Positions 1 through 21,000 of a stretch of 64,000 nt of DNA are shown here, piece by piece. The number at the start of each line of letters is the position of its first letter. Position 1 is the first letter of the stretch. The notes under the pieces are model-generated. The model was not told the DNA's origin. It worked only from the letters and a program-made list of their open reading frames with translations, and made no database searches. The translations under genes were made by a program, and so were the position numbers. This DNA comes from Eledone cirrhosa (taxonomy: Eukaryota), in assembly GCA_964016885.1 (NCBI GenBank), contig OZ024742.1, positions 6,262,001-6,326,000 of the forward strand. Reading direction: 5' to 3'.

Positions 1-3000
1 CACTACACCACACCACACCACACCACACTATACTCCACACCACACCACACCACACTATACTCCACACTACACCACACCACACCACACAACACTATATACC
101 ACACTACACCACACCACACCACACCACACTATACTCCACACCACACCACACCACACTATACTCATCACTACACCACACCACACCACACAACACTATACTC
201 CACACTACACTACACCACACCACACCACACCACACTATATACCACACTACACCACACCACACCACACCACACTATATACCACACTACACCACACCACACC
301 ACACCACACCACACCACACTATATACCACACTACACCACACCACACCACACCACACTATATACCACACTACACCACACCACACCACACCACACCACACTA
401 TATACCACACTACACCACACCACACCACACCACACCACACCACACCACACCACACTATATACCACACTACACCACACCACACCACACTATATACTACACT
501 ACACCACACCACACCACACTACACCACACCACACCACACCACACTATACTCCACACCACACCACACCACACAACACTATACTCCACACTACACTACACCA
601 CACCAGACCACACAACACCACACTACACCACACCACACCACACTACACCACACCACACCACACCACACCACACTACACCAAACCACACCACACTACACCA
701 CACTACACCACACACCACTACACTACACCACACCACACACCACTATACTATATACTACACTTCACCACACCACACCACACTATATTCCACACTACACTAC
801 ACCACACAACACTATACTCCACACTACACTACACCACACAACACTATACTCCACACTACACTACACCACACACCACTACACTACACCACACCACACAACA
901 CTATACTCCACACTACACTACACCACACCACACTACACTATATACCACACTACACCACACCACACCACACTATACTCCACACTTCACTACACCACACCAC
1001 ACCACACTATATACCACACTTCACTACACCACACCACACCACACTATACTCCACACTTCACTTCACCACACCACACCACACTTCACTACACCACACCACA
1101 CTTCACTACACCACACCACACTACACCACACCACACCACACTATACTCCACACTTCACTACACCACACCACACCACACCACACTATACTCCACACTACAC
1201 CACACCACACCACACTATACTCCACACTTCACTTCACCACACCACACCACACTATACTCCACACTTCACCACACCACAGCACACCACACTATACTCCACA
1301 CTACACCACACCACACAACACTATACTCCACACTTCACTTCACCACACCACACCACACTATGCTCCACACTTCATTTCACCACACCACACTATACTCCAC
1401 ACTTCACTTCACCACACCACACCACACTATACTCCACACTTCACTTCACCACACCACACTATACTCCACACTTCACTTCACCACACCACACCACACTATA
1501 CTCCACACTTCACTTCACCACACCACACCACACTATACTCCACACTTCACTTCACCACACCACACCACACTATACTCCACACTTCACCACACCACACCAC
1601 ACTATACTCCACACTTCACCACACCACACCACACTATACTCCACACTTCACCACACCACACCACACTATACTCCACACTACACCACACCACACCACACTA
1701 TACTCCACACTTCACTTCACCACACCACACCACACTATACTCCACACTTCACTTCACCACACCACACCACACTATACTCCACACTTCACTTCACCACACC
1801 ACACCACACTATACTACACACTTCACTACACCACACCACACCACACTATACTACACAACACTATACTACACACTTCACTACACCACACCACACAACACTA
1901 TACTACACAACACTATACTACACACTTCACTACACCACACCACACCACACTATACTCCACACGTCACTTCACCACACCACACCACACTTCACTACACCAC
2001 ACCACACTTCACTACACCACACCACACTACACCACACCACACCACACTATTTTCCACACTTCACTACACCACACCACACCACACCACACTATACTCCACA
2101 CTACACCACACCACACCACACTATACTCCACACTTCACTTCACCACACCACACCACACTATACTCCACACTTCACCACACCACACCACACCACTCTATAC
2201 TCCACACTTCACTCCACCACACCACACTATACTCCACACTTCACCACACCACTCCACACTATACTCCACACTTCACCACTCCACACTTCACCACTCCACA
2301 CTTCACCACACCACACCACAGCACACCACACTATACTCCACACTACACCACACCACACAACACTATACTCCACACTTCACTTCACCACACCACACCACAC
2401 TATACTCCACACTTCACTTCACCACACCACACTATACTCCACACTTCACTTCACCACACCACACCACACTATACTCCACACTTCACCACACCACACCACA
2501 CTATACTCCACACTTCACCACACCACACCACACTATACTCCACACTTCACCACACCACACCACACTATACTCTACACTACACCACACCACACCACACTAT
2601 ACTCCACACTTCACTTCACCACACCACAGCACACTATACTCCACACTTCACTTCACCACACCACACCACACTATACTCCACACTTCACTTCACCACACCA
2701 CACCACACTATACTCCACACTTCACCACACCACACCACACTATACTCCACACTACACCACACCACACTATACTCCACACTACACCACACCACACCACACA
2801 ACACTATACTCCACACTACACTACACCACACCACACCACACTATATACTACACTACACCACACCACACCACACCACACCACACTATATACCACACTACAC
2901 CACACCACACCACACCACACCAAACTATATACTACACTACACCACACCACACCAAACCACACCACACTATATACTACACTACACCACACCACACCACACT

Positions 3001-6000
3001 ATATACTACACTACACCACACCACACCACACAACACTATATACCACACTACACCACACCACACCACACCACACTATACTCCACACCACACCACACCACAC
3101 TATACTCCACACTACACCACACCACACCACACAACACTATATACCACACTACACCACACCACACCACACCACACTATACTCCACACCACACCACACCACA
3201 CCACACTATACTCATCACTACACCACACCACACCACACAACACTATACTCCACACTACACTACACCACACCACACCACACTATATACCACACTACACCAC
3301 ACCACACCACACCACACTATATACCACACTACACCACACCACACCACACCACACCACACCACACTATATACCACACTACACCACACCACACCACACTATA
3401 TACCACACTACACCACACCACACCACACCACACCACACTATATACCACACTACACCACACCACACCACACCACACTATATACCACACTACACCACACCAC
3501 ACCACACCACACCACACCACACCACACCACACTATATACCACACTACACCACACCACACCACACCACACTATATACTACACTACACCACACCACACTACA
3601 CCACACCAAACCACACCACACTATACTCCACACCACACCACACCACACCACACTATAATCCACAACACACCACACCACACAACACTATACTCCACACTAC
3701 ACTACACCACACCAGACCACACCACACCTCACTACACCACACCACACCACACTACACCACACCACACCACACCACACTACACCACACCACACCACACTAC
3801 ACCACACTACACCACACACCACTACACTACACCACACCACACACCACTATACTATATACTACACTTCACCACACCACACCACACTATATTCCACACTACA
3901 CTACACCACACAACACTATACTCCACACTACACTACACCACACAACACTATACTACACACTTCACTACACCACACCACACTACACCACACCACACCACAC
4001 TATATACCACACTACACCACACCACACCACACTATACTCCACACTTCACTACACCACACCACACCACACTATATACCACACTTCACTACACCACACCACA
4101 CTATACTCCACACTTCACTTCACCACACCACACCACACTTCACTACACCACACCACACTTCACTACACCACACCACACTACACCACACCACACCACACTA
4201 TACTCCACACTTCACTACACCACACCACACCACACCACACTATACTCCACACTACACCACACCACACAACACTATACTCCACACTTCACTTCACCACACC
4301 ACACCACACTATACTCCACACTTCACTTCACCACACCACACCACACTATACTCCACACTTCACTTCACCACATCACACCACACTATACTCCACACTTCAC
4401 CACACCACACCACACTATACTCCACACTTCACCACACCACACCACACTATACTCCACACTTCACCACACCACACCACACTATACTCCATACTACACCACA
4501 CCACACCACACTATACTCCACACTTCACTTCACCACACCACACCACATTATACTACACACTTCACTACACCACACCACACAACACTATACTACACAACAC
4601 TATACTACACACTTCACTACACCACACCACACAACACTATACTACACAACACTATACTACACACTTCACTACACCACACCACACAACACTATACTACACA
4701 ACACTATACTACACACTTCACTACACCACACCACACTATACTACACAACACTATACTACACACTTCACTCCACCACACCACACAACACTATACTACACAA
4801 CACTATACTACACACTTCACTACACCACACCACACAACACTATACTACACAACACTATACTACACACTTCACTACACCACACCACACAACACTATACTAC
4901 ACAACACTATACTACACACTTCACTACACCACACCACACAACACTATACTACACAACACTATACTACACACTTCACTACACCACACCACACCACACTATA
5001 CTACACAACACTATACTACACACTTCACTACACCACACCACACAACACTATACTACACAACACTATACTACACACTTCACTACACCACACCACACCACAC
5101 TATACTCCACACGTCACTTCACCACACCACACCACACTTCACTACACCACACCACACTTCACTACACCACACCACACTACACCACACCACACCACACTAT
5201 TTTCCACACTTCACTACACCACACCACACCACACCACACTATACTCCACACTACACCACACCACACCACACTATACTCCACACTTCACTTCACCACACCA
5301 CACCACACTATACTCCACACTTCACCACACCACACCACACCACTCTATACTCCACACTTCACTACACCACACCACACTATACTCCACACTTCACCACACC
5401 ACTCCACACTATACTCCACACTTCACCACTCCACACTTCACCACTCCACACTTCACCACACCACACCACAGCACACCACACTATACTCCACACTACACCA
5501 CACCACACAACACTATACTCCACACTTCACTTCACCACACCACACCACACTATACTCCACACTTCACTTCACCACACCACACCACACTATACTCCACACT
5601 TCACTTCACCACACCACACTATACTCCACACTTCACTTCACCACACCACACCACACTATACTCCACACTTCACTTCACCACACCACACCACACTATACTC
5701 CACACTTCACCACACCACACCACACTATACTCCACACTTCACCACACCACACCACACTATACTCCACACTTCACCACACCACACCACACTATACTCTACA
5801 CTACACCACACCACACCACACTATACTCCACACTTCACTTCACCACACCACAGCACACTATACTCCACACTTCACTTCACCACACCACACCACACTATAC
5901 TCCACACTTCACTTCACCACACCACACCACACTATACTCCACACTTCACCACACCACACCACACTATACTCCACACTACACCACACCACACTATACTCCA

Positions 6001-9000
6001 CACTACACCACACCACACCACACAACACTATACTCCACACTACACTACACCACACCACACCACACTATATACTACACTACACCACACCACACCACACCAC
6101 ACCACACTATATACCACACTACACCACACCACACCACACCACACCAAACTATATACTACACTACACCACACCACACCAAACCACACCACACTATATACTA
6201 CACTACACCACACCACACCACACTATATACTACACTACACCACACCACACCACACAACACTATATACCACACCACACCACACTATACTCCACACTTCACC
6301 ACACCACACCACACTATACTCCACACTTCACCACACCACACCACACTATACTCCACACTTCACCACACCACACCACAATATACTCCACACTACACCACAC
6401 CACACCACACTATACTCCACACTTCACTTCACCACACCACACCACACTATACTCCACACTTCACTTCACCACACCACACCACACTATACTCCACACTTCA
6501 CTTCACCACACCACACCACACTATACTACACACTTCACTACACCACACCACACTATACTACACAACACTATACTACACACTTTACTACACCACACCACAC
6601 AACACTATACTACACAACACTATACTACACACTTCACTACACCACACCACACCACACTATACTCCACACGTCACTTCACCACACCACACCACACTTCACT
6701 ACACCACACCACACTTCACTACACCACACCACACTACACCACACCACACCACACTATTTTCCACACTTCACTACACCACACCACACCACACCACACTATA
6801 CTCCACACTACACCACACCACACCACACTATACTCCACACTTCACTTCACCACACCACACCACACTATACTCCACACTTCACCACACCACACCACACCAC
6901 TCTATACTCCACACTTCACTACACCACACCACACTATACTCCACACTTCACCACACCACTCCACACTATACTCCACACTTCACCACTCCACACTTCACCA
7001 CTCCACACTTCACCACACCACACCACAGCACACCACACTATACTCCACACTACACCACACCACACAACACTATACTCCACACTTCACTTCACCACACCAC
7101 ACCACACTATACTCCACACTTCACTTCACCACACCACACCACACTATACTCCACACTTCACTTCACCACACCACACTATACTCCACACTTCACTTCACCA
7201 CACCACACTATACTCCACACTTCACTTCACCACACCACACCACACTATACTCCACACTTCACCACACCACACCACACTATACTCCACACTTCACCACACC
7301 ACACCACACTATACTCCACACTTCACCACACCACACCACACTATACTCTACACTACACCACACCACACCACACTATACTCCACACTTCACTTCACCACAC
7401 CACAGCACACTATACTCCACACTTCACTTCACCACACCACACCACACTATACTCCACACTTCACTTCACCACACCACACCACACTATACTCCACACTTCA
7501 CCACACCACACCACACTATACTCCACACTACACCACACCACACTATACTCCACACTACACCACACCACACCACACAACACTATACTCCACACTACACTAC
7601 ACCACACCACACCACACTATATACTACACTACACCACACCACACCACACCACACCACACTATATACCACACTACACCACACCACACCACACCACACCAAA
7701 CTATATACTACACTACACCACACCACACCAAACCACACCACACTATATACTACACTACACCACACCACACCACACTATATACTACACTACACCACACCAC
7801 ACCACACAACACTATATACCACACTACACCACACCACACCACACCACACTATACTCCACACCACACCACACCACACTATACTCCACACTACACCACACCA
7901 CACCACACAACACTATATACCACACTACACCACACCACACCACACCACACTATACTCCACACCACACCACACCACACCACACTATACTCATCACTACACC
8001 ACACCACACCACACCACACTATATACCACACTACACCACACCACACCACACCACACCACACTATATACCACACTACACCACACCACACCACACCACACCA
8101 CACCACACCACACCACACTATATACCACACTACACCACACCACACCACACCACACTATATACTACACTACACCACACCACACCACACTACACCACACCAA
8201 ACCACACCACACTATACTCCACACCACACCACACCACACCACACTATAATCCACAACACACCACACCACACAACACTATACTCCACACTACACTACACCA
8301 CACCAGACCACACCACACCTCACTACACCACACCACACCACACTACACCACACCACACCACACCACACCACACTACACCACACCACACCACACTACACCA
8401 CACTACACCACACACCACTACACTACACCACACCACACACCTCTATACTATATACTACACTTCACCACACCAAACCACACTATATTCCACACTACACTAC
8501 ACCACACAACACTATACTCCACACTACACTACACCACACAACACTATACTACACACTTCACTACACCACACCACACTACACCACACCACACCACACTATA
8601 TACCACACTACACCACACCACACCATACTATACTCCACACTTCACTACACCACACCACACCACACTATATACCACACTTCACTACACCACACCACACCAC
8701 ACTATACTCCACACTTCACTTCACCACACCACACCACACTTCACTACACCACACCACACTTCACTACACCACACCACACTACACCACACCACACCACACT
8801 ATACTCCACACTTCACTACACCACACCACACCACACCACACTATACTCCACACTACACCACACCACACCACACTATACTCCACACTTCACTTCACCACAC
8901 CACACCACACTATACTCCACACTTCACTTCACCACACCACACCACACTATACTCCACACTTCACTTCACCACACCACACCACACTATACTCCACACTTCA

Positions 9001-12000
9001 CCACACCACACCACACTATACTCCACACTTCACCACACCACACCACACTATACTCCACACTTCACCACACCACACCACACTATACTCCACACTACACCAC
9101 ACCACACCACACTATACTCCACACTTCACTTCACCACACCACACCACATTATACTACACACTTCACTACACCACACCACACAACACTATACTACACAACA
9201 CTATACTACACACTTCACTACACCACACCACACAACACTATACTACACAACACTATACTACACACTTCACTACACCACACCACACAACACTATACTACAC
9301 AACACTATACTACACACTTCACTACACCACACCACACTTCACTACACAACACTATACTACACACTTCACTCCACCACACCACACAACACTATACTACACA
9401 ACACTATACTACACACTTCACTACACCACACCACACAACACTATACAACACAACACTATACTACACACTTCACTACACCACACCACACAACACTATACTA
9501 CACAACACTATACTACACACTTCACTACACCACACCACACCACACTATACTACACAACACTATACTACACACTTCACTACACCACACCACACAACACTAT
9601 ACTACACAACACTATACTACACACTTCACTACACCACACCACACCACACTATACTCCACACGTCACTTCACCACACCACACCACACTTCACTACACCACA
9701 CCACACTTCACTACACCACACCACACTACACCACACCACACCACACTATTTTCCACACTTCACTACACCACACCACACCACACCACACTATACTCCACAC
9801 TACACCACACCACACCACACTATACTCCACACTTCACTTCACCACACCACACCACACTATACTCCACACTTCACCACACCACACCACACCACTCTATACT
9901 CCACACTTCACTACACCACACCACACTATACTCCACACTTCACCACACCACTCCACACTATACTCCACACTTCACCACTCCACACTTCACCACTCCACAC
10001 TTCACCACACCACACCACAGCACACCACACTATACTCCACACTACACCACACCACACAACACTATACTCCACACTTCACTTCACCACACCACACCACACT
10101 ATACTCCACACTTCACTTCACCACACCACACCACACTATACTCCACACTTCACTTCACCACACCACACTATACTCCACACTTCACTTCACCACACCACAC
10201 CACACTATACTCCACACTTCACTTCACCACACCACACCACACTATACTCCACACTTCACCACACCACACCACACTATACTCCACACTTCACCACACCACA
10301 CCACACTATACTCCACACTTCACCACACCACACCACACTATACTCTACACTACACCACACCACACCACACTATACTCCACACTTCACTTCACCACACCAC
10401 AGCACACTATACTCCACACTTCACTTCACCACACCACACCACACTATACTCCACACTTCACTTCACCACACCACACCACACTATACTCCACACTTCACCA
10501 CACCACACCACACTATACTCCACACTACACCACACCACACTATACTCCACACTACACCACACCACACCACACAACACTATACTCCACACTACACTACACC
10601 ACACCACACCACACTATATACTACACTACACCACACCACACCACACCACACCACACTATATACCACACTACACCACACCACACCACACCACACCAAACTA
10701 TATACTACACTACACCACACCACACCAAACCACACCACACTATATACTACACTACACCACACCACACCACACTATATACTACACTACACCACACCACACC
10801 ACACAACACTATATACCACACTAGACCACACCACACCACACCACACTATACTCCAAACCACACCACACCACACTATACTCCACACTACACCACACCACAC
10901 CACACAACACTATATACCACACTACACCACACCACACCACACCACACTATACTCCACACCACACCACACCACACAACACTATACTCCACACTACACTACA
11001 CCACACCACACCACACCACACTATATACCACACTACACCACACCACACCACACCACACTATATACCACACTACACCACACCACACCACACCACACCACAC
11101 CACACCACACTATATACCACACTACACCACACCACACCACACTATATACCACACTACACCACACCACACCACACCACACCACACTATATACCACACTACA
11201 CCACACCACACCACACCACACCACACTATATACCACACTACACCACACCACACCACACCACACCACACCACACCACACCACACTATATACCACACTACAC
11301 CACACCACACCACACCACACTATATACTACACTACACCACACCACACCACACTACACCACACCAAACCACACCACACTATACTCCACACCACACCACACC
11401 ACACCACACTATAATCCACAACACACCACACCACACAACACTATACTCCACACTACACTACACCACACCAGACCACACCACACCTCACTACACCACACCA
11501 CACCATACTACACCACACCACACCACACCACACCACACTACACCACACCACACCACACTACACCACACTACACCACACACCACTACACTACACCACACCA
11601 CACACCACTATACTATATACTACACTTCACCACACCATACCACACTATATTCCACACTACACTACACCACACAACACTATACTCCACACTACACTACACC
11701 ACACAACACTATACTCCACACTACACTACACCACACACCACTACACTACACCACACCACACAACACTATACTCCACACTACACTACACCACACCATACTA
11801 CACCACACCACACCACACTATATACCACACTACACCACACCACACCACACTATACTCCACACTTCACTACACCACACCACACCACACTATATACCACACT
11901 TCACTACACCACACCACACCAAACTATACTCCACACTTCACTTCACCACACCACACCACACTTCACTACACCACACCACACTTCACTACACCACACCACA

Positions 12001-15000
12001 CTACACCACACCACACCACACTATACTCCACACTTCACTACACCACACCACACCACACCACACTATACTCCACACTACACCACACCACACTATACTCCAC
12101 ACTTCACTTCACCACACCACACCACACTATACTCCACACTTCACCACACCACAGCACACCACACTATACTCCACACTACACCACACCACACAGCACTATA
12201 CTCCACACTTCACTTCACCACACCACACCACACTATGCTCCACACTTCATTTCACCACACCACACTATACTCCACACTTCACTTCACCACACCACACCAC
12301 ACTATACTCCACACTTCACTTCACCACACCACACCACACTATACACCACACTTCACTTCACCACACCACACTATACTCCACACTTCACTTCACCACACCA
12401 CACCACACTATACTCCACACTTCACTTCACCACACCACACCACACTATACTCCACACTTCACCACACCACACCACACTATACTCCACACTTCACCACACC
12501 ACACCACACTATACTCCACACTTCACCACACCACACCACACTATACTCCACACTACACCACACCACACCACACTATACTCCACACTTCACTTCACCACAC
12601 CACACCACACTATACTCCACACTTCACTTCACCACACCACACCACACTATACTCCACACTTCACCACACCACACCACACTATACTCCACACTTCACCACA
12701 CCACACCACACTATACTCCACACTTCACCACACCACACCACACTATACTCCACACTACACCACACCACACCACACTATACGCCACACTTCACTTCACCAC
12801 ACCACACCACACTATACTCCACACTTCACTTCACCACACCACACCACACTATACTCCAGACTTCACTTCACCACACCACACCACACTATACTCCACACTT
12901 CACTTCACAACACCACACCACACTATACTCCACACTTCACCACACCACACCACACCATACTCCACACTTCACCACACCACACCACACCACACTATACTCC
13001 ACACTTCACCACACCACACCACACTATACTCCACACTTCACCACACAACACCACACTATACTCCACACTTCACTTCACCACACCACACCACACTATACTC
13101 CACACTTCACCACACCACACCACACTATAATCCACACTTCACTTCACCACACCACACCACACTATACTCCACACTTCACCACACCACACCACACTATACT
13201 CCACACTTCACTTCACCACACCACACCACACTATACTCCACACTTCACTTCACCACACCACACCACACTATACTCCACACTTCACCACACCACACCACAC
13301 TATACTCCACACTTCACCACACCACACCACTCTATACTCCACACTTCACCACACCACACCACACTATACTCCACACTTCACTTCACCACCCACACTATAC
13401 TCCACACTTCACTTCACCACACCACACAACACTATACTCCACACTTCACCACACCACACCACACTATACTCCACACTTCACTTCACCACACCACACCACA
13501 CTATACTCCACACTTCACCACACCACACTATACTCCACACTTCACTTCACCACACCACACCACACTATACTCCACACTTCACTTCACCACACCACACCAC
13601 ACTATACTCCCCACTTCACCACACCACACCACACTATACTCCACACTTCACCACACCACACCACACTATACTCCACACTTCACTTCACAACACCACACCA
13701 CACTATACTCCACACTTCACCACACCACACCACACTATACTCCACACTTCACTTCACCACACCACACCACACTATACTCCACACTTCACCACACCACAAC
13801 ACACTATACTCCACACTTCACTACACTACACCACACCACACTATACTCCACACTTCACTACACCACACCACACCACACTATATACCACACTTCACTACAC
13901 CACACCACACTATACTGCACACTTCACTTCACCACACCACACCACACTATACTCCACACTACATCACACCACACCACACTATACTCCACACTTCACTACA
14001 CCACACCACACTATATACCACACTTCACTACACCACACCACACTATACTCCACACTACACCACACCTCACCACACTATACTCCACACTACTCCACACCAC
14101 ACCACACTATACTCCACACTTCACTACACCACACCACACTATACTCCACACTTCACTACACCACACCACACAACACTATACTCCACACCTCACTACACCA
14201 CACAACACTATACTCCACACTTCACCACACCACACTATACTCCACACTTCACTACACCACACCACACCACACTATACTCCACACTTCACTACACCACACC
14301 ACACTATACTCCACACTTCACTACACCACACCACACTATACTCCACACTTCACTACACCACACCACACTATACTCCACACTACACCACACCACACCACAC
14401 TATACTCCACACTTCACTACACCACACCACACTATACTCCACACTTCACTACACCACACCACACTATATACCACACTTCACTACACCACACTACACCACA
14501 CCACACAACACCACACCACACTATATACTACACTACACCACACCACACCACACCGCACCACACTATATACTACACTACACCACACCACACCACACCACAC
14601 CACACTACACCACACCACACAACACTATACTCCACACTACACTACACCACACCACACCACACCACACCACACTACACCACACCACACTACACCACACCAC
14701 ACCACACTACACCACACCACACTACACCACACCACACCACACCACACTATACTACACCACACTTCACTACACCACACCACACCACATTATACTCCACACT
14801 TCACTACACCACACCACACTATACTCCACACTACACTACACCACACCACACCACACTATACTACACACTTCACCACACCACACCACACTATACTCCACAC
14901 CACACCACACCACACCACACCACACTATATACCACACTACACCACACCACACCACACTATATACCACACTACACCACACCACACCACACTATACTCCACA

Positions 15001-18000
15001 CTTCACTACACCACACCACACCACACTATACTACACAACACTATACTACACACTTCACTACACCACACCACACAACACTATACTACACAACACTATACTA
15101 CACACTTCACTACACCACACCACACAACACTATACTACACAACACTATACTACACACTTCACTACACCACACCACACAACACTATACTACACAACACTAT
15201 ACTACACACTTCACTACACCACACCACACAACACTATACTACACAAGACTATACTACACACTTCACTACACCACACCACACAACACTATACTACACAACA
15301 CTATACTACACACTTCACTACACCACACCACACAACACTATACTACACAACACTATACTACACACTTCACTACACCACACCACACAACACTATACTACAC
15401 AACACTATACTACACACTTCACTACACCACACTATACTACACAACACTATACTACACACTTCACTCCACCACACCACACAACACTATACTACACAACACT
15501 ATACTACACACTTCACTACACCACACCACACAACACTATACTACACAACACTATACTACACACTTCACTACACCACACCACACAACACTATACTACACAA
15601 CACTATACTACACACTTCACTACACCACACCACACAACACTATACTACACAACACTATACTACACACTTCACTACACCACACCACACCACACTATACTAC
15701 ACAACACTATACTACACACTTCACTACACCACACCACACAACACTATACTACACAACACTATACTACACACTTCACTACACCACACCACACAACACTATA
15801 CTACACAACACTATACTACACACTTCACTACACCACACCACACAACACTATACTACACAACACTATACTACACACTTCACTACACCACACCACACAACAC
15901 TATACTACACAACACTATACTACACACTTCACTATCCACACCACACAACACTATACTACACAACACTATACTACACACTTCACTACACCACACCACACAA
16001 TACTATACAACACAACACTATACTACACACTTCACTACACCACACTACACAACACTATACTACACAACACTATACTACACACTTCACTACACCACAACAC
16101 ACAACACTATACTACACAACACTATACTACACACTTCACTACACCACAACACACAACACTATACTACACAACACTATACTACACACTTCACTACACCACA
16201 CCACACAATACTATACAACACAACACTATACTACACACTTCACTACACCACACTACACAACACTATACTACATAACACTATACTACACACTTCACTACAC
16301 CACACCACACTACACCACACCACACCACACTATATACCACACTACACCACACCACACCACACTATACTCCACACTTCACTACACCACACCACACCACACT
16401 ATATACCACACTTCACTACACCACACCACACCACACTATACTCCACACTTCACTTCACCACACCACACCACACTTCACTACACCACACCACACTTCACTA
16501 CACCACACCACACTACACCACACCACACCACACTATACTCCACACTTCACTACACCACACCACACCACACCACACTATACTCCACACTACACCACACCAC
16601 ACCACACTATACTCCACACTTCACTTCACCACACCACACCACACTATACTCCACACTTCACCACACCACAGCACACCACACTATACTTCACACTACACCA
16701 CACCACACAACACTATACTCCACACTTCACTTCACCACACCACACTACACTATGCTCCACACTTCATTTCACCACACCACACTATACTCCACACTTCACT
16801 TCACCACACCACACCACACTATACTCCACACTTCACTTCACCACACCACACCACACTATACTCCACACTTCACTTCACCACACCACACTATACTCCACAC
16901 TTCACCACACCACACTATACTCCACACTTCACTACACCACACCACACCACACTATACTCCACACTTCACTACACCACACCACACTATACTCCACACTTCA
17001 CTACACCACACCACACTATACTCCACACTTCACTACACCACACCACACTATACTCCACACTACACCACACCACACCACACTATACTCCACACTTCACTAC
17101 ACCACACCACACTATACTCCACACTTCACTACACCACACCACACTATATACCACACTTCACTACACCACACTACACCACACCACACAACACCACACCACA
17201 CTATATACTACACTACACCACACCACACCACACCGCACCACACTATATACTACACTACACCACACCACACCACACCACACCACACTACACCACACCACAC
17301 AACACTATACTCCACACTACACTACACCACACCACACCACACCACACTACACCACACCACACTACACCACACCACACCACACTACACCACACCACACTAC
17401 ACCACACCACACCACACCACACTATACTACACCACACTTCACTACACCACACCACACCACACTATACTCCACACTTCACTACACCACACCACACTATACT
17501 CCACACTACACTACACCACACCACACCACACTATACTACACACTTCACCACACCACACCACACTATACTCCACACCACACCACACCACACCACACCACAC
17601 TATATACCACACTACACCACACCACACCACACTATATACCACACTACACCACACCACACCACACTATACTCCACACTTCACTACACCACACCACACCACA
17701 CTATACTACACAACACTATACTACACACTTCACTACACCACACCACACAACACTATACTACACAACCCTATACTACACACTTCACTACACCACACCACAC
17801 AACACTATACTACACAACACTATACTACACACTTCACTACACCACACCACACAACACTATACTACACAACACTATACTACACACTTCACTACACCACACC
17901 ACACAACACTATACTACACAAGACTATACTACACACTTCACTACACCACACCACACAACACTATACTACACAACACTATACTACACACTTCACTACACCA

Positions 18001-21000
18001 CACCACACAACACTATACTACACAACACTATACTACACACTTCACTACACCACACCACACAACACTATACTACACAACACTATACTACACACTTCACTAC
18101 ACCACACTATACTACACAACACTATACTACACACTTCACTCCACCACACCACACAACACTATACTACACAACACTATACTACACACTTCACTACACCACA
18201 CCACACAACACTATACTACACAACACTATACTACACACTTCACTACACCACACCACACAACACTATACTACACAACACTATACTACACACTTCACTACAC
18301 CACACCACACAACACTATACTACACAACACTATACTACACACTTCACTACACCACACCACACCACACTATACTACACAACACTATACTACACACTTCACT
18401 ACACCACACCACACAACACTATACTACACAACACTATACTACACACTTCACTACACCACACCACACAACACTATACTACACAACACTATACTACACACAT
18501 CACTACACCACACCACACAACACTATACTACACAACACTATACTACACACTTCACTACACCACACCACACAACACTATACTACACAACACTATACTACAC
18601 ACTTCACTATCCACACCACACAACACTATACTACACAACACTATACTACACACTTCACTACACCACACCACACAATACTATACAACACAACACTATACTA
18701 CACACTTCACTACACCACACTACACAACACTATACTACACAACACTATACTACACACTTCACTACACCACAACACACAACACTATACTACACAACACTAT
18801 ACTACACACTTCACTACACCACAACACACAACACTATACTACACAACACTATACTACACACTTCACTACACCACACCACACAATACTATACAACACAACA
18901 CTATACTACACACTTCACTACACCACACTACACAACACTATACTACATAACACTATACTACACACTTCACTACACCACACCACACTACACCACACCACAC
19001 CACACTATATACCACACTACACCACACCACACCACACTATACTCCACACTTCACTACACCACACCACACCACACTATATACCACACTTCACTACACCACA
19101 CCACACCACACTATACTCCACACTTCACTTCACCACACCACACCACACTTCACTACACCACACCACACTTCACTACACCACACCACACTACACCACACCA
19201 CACCACACTATACTCCACACTTCACTACACCACACCACACCACACCACACTATACTCCACACTACACCACACCACACCACACTATACTCCACACTTCACT
19301 TCACCACACCACACCACACTATACTCCACACTTCACCACACCACAGCACACCACACTATACTCCACACTACACCACACCACACAACACTATACTCCACAC
19401 TTCACTTCACCACACCACACTACACTATGCTCCACACTTCATTTCACCACACCACACTATACTCCACACTTCACTCCACCACACCACACCACACTATACT
19501 CCACACTTCACTTCACCACACCACACCACACTATACTCCACACTTCACTTCACCACACCACACTATACTCCACACTTCACTTCACCACACCACACCACAC
19601 TATACTCCACACTTCACTTCACCACACCACACCACACTATACTCCACACTTCACCACACCACACCACACTATACTCCACACTTCACCACACCACACCACA
19701 CTATACTCCACACTTCACCACACCACACCACACTATACTCCACACTACACCACACCACACCACACTATACTCCACACTTCACTTCACCACACCACACCAC
19801 ACTATACTTCACACTTCACTTCACCACACCACACCACACTATACTCCAGACTTCACTTCACCACACCACACCACACTATACTCCACACTTCACTTCACCA
19901 CACCACACCACACTATACTCCACACTTCACCACACCACACCACACTATACTCCACACTTCACCACACCACACCACACCACACTATACTCCACACTTCACC
20001 ACACCACACCACACTATACTCCACACTTCACCACACAACACCACACTATACTCCACACTTCACTTCACCACACCACACCACACTATACTCCACACTTCAC
20101 CACACCACACCACACTATAATCCACACTTCACTTCACCACACCACACCACACTATACTCCACACTTCACCACACCACACCACACTATACTCCACACTTCA
20201 CTTCACCACACCACACCACACTATACTCCAAACTTCACTTCACCACACCACACCACACTATACTCCACACTTCACCACACCACACCACACTATACTCCAC
20301 ACTTCACTTCACCACACCACACCACACTATACTCCACACTTCACCACACCACACCACACTATACTCCACACTTCACCACACCACACCACACTATACTCCA
20401 CACTTCACCACACCACACCACACTATACTCCACACTTCACTTCACCACACCACACCACACTATACTCCACACTTCACTTCACCACACCACACAACACTAT
20501 ACTCCACACTTCACCACACCACACCACACTATACTCCACACTTCACTTCACCACACCACACCACACTATACTCCACACTTCACCACACCACACCACACTA
20601 TACTCCACACTTCACTTCACCACACCACACCACACTATACTCCACACTTCACTTCACCACACCACACCACACTATACTCCACACTTCACCACACCACACC
20701 ACACTATACTCCACACTTCACCACACCACACCACACTATACTCCACACTTCACTTCACCACACCACACCACACTATACTCCACACTTCACCACACCACAC
20801 CACACTATACTCCACACTTCACTTCACCACACCACACCACACTATACTCCACACTTCACCACACCACACCACACTATACTCCACACTACACTACACTACA
20901 CCACACCACACTATACTCCACACTTCACTACACCACACCACACCACACTATATACCACACTTCACTACACCACACCACACTATACTGCACACTTCACTTC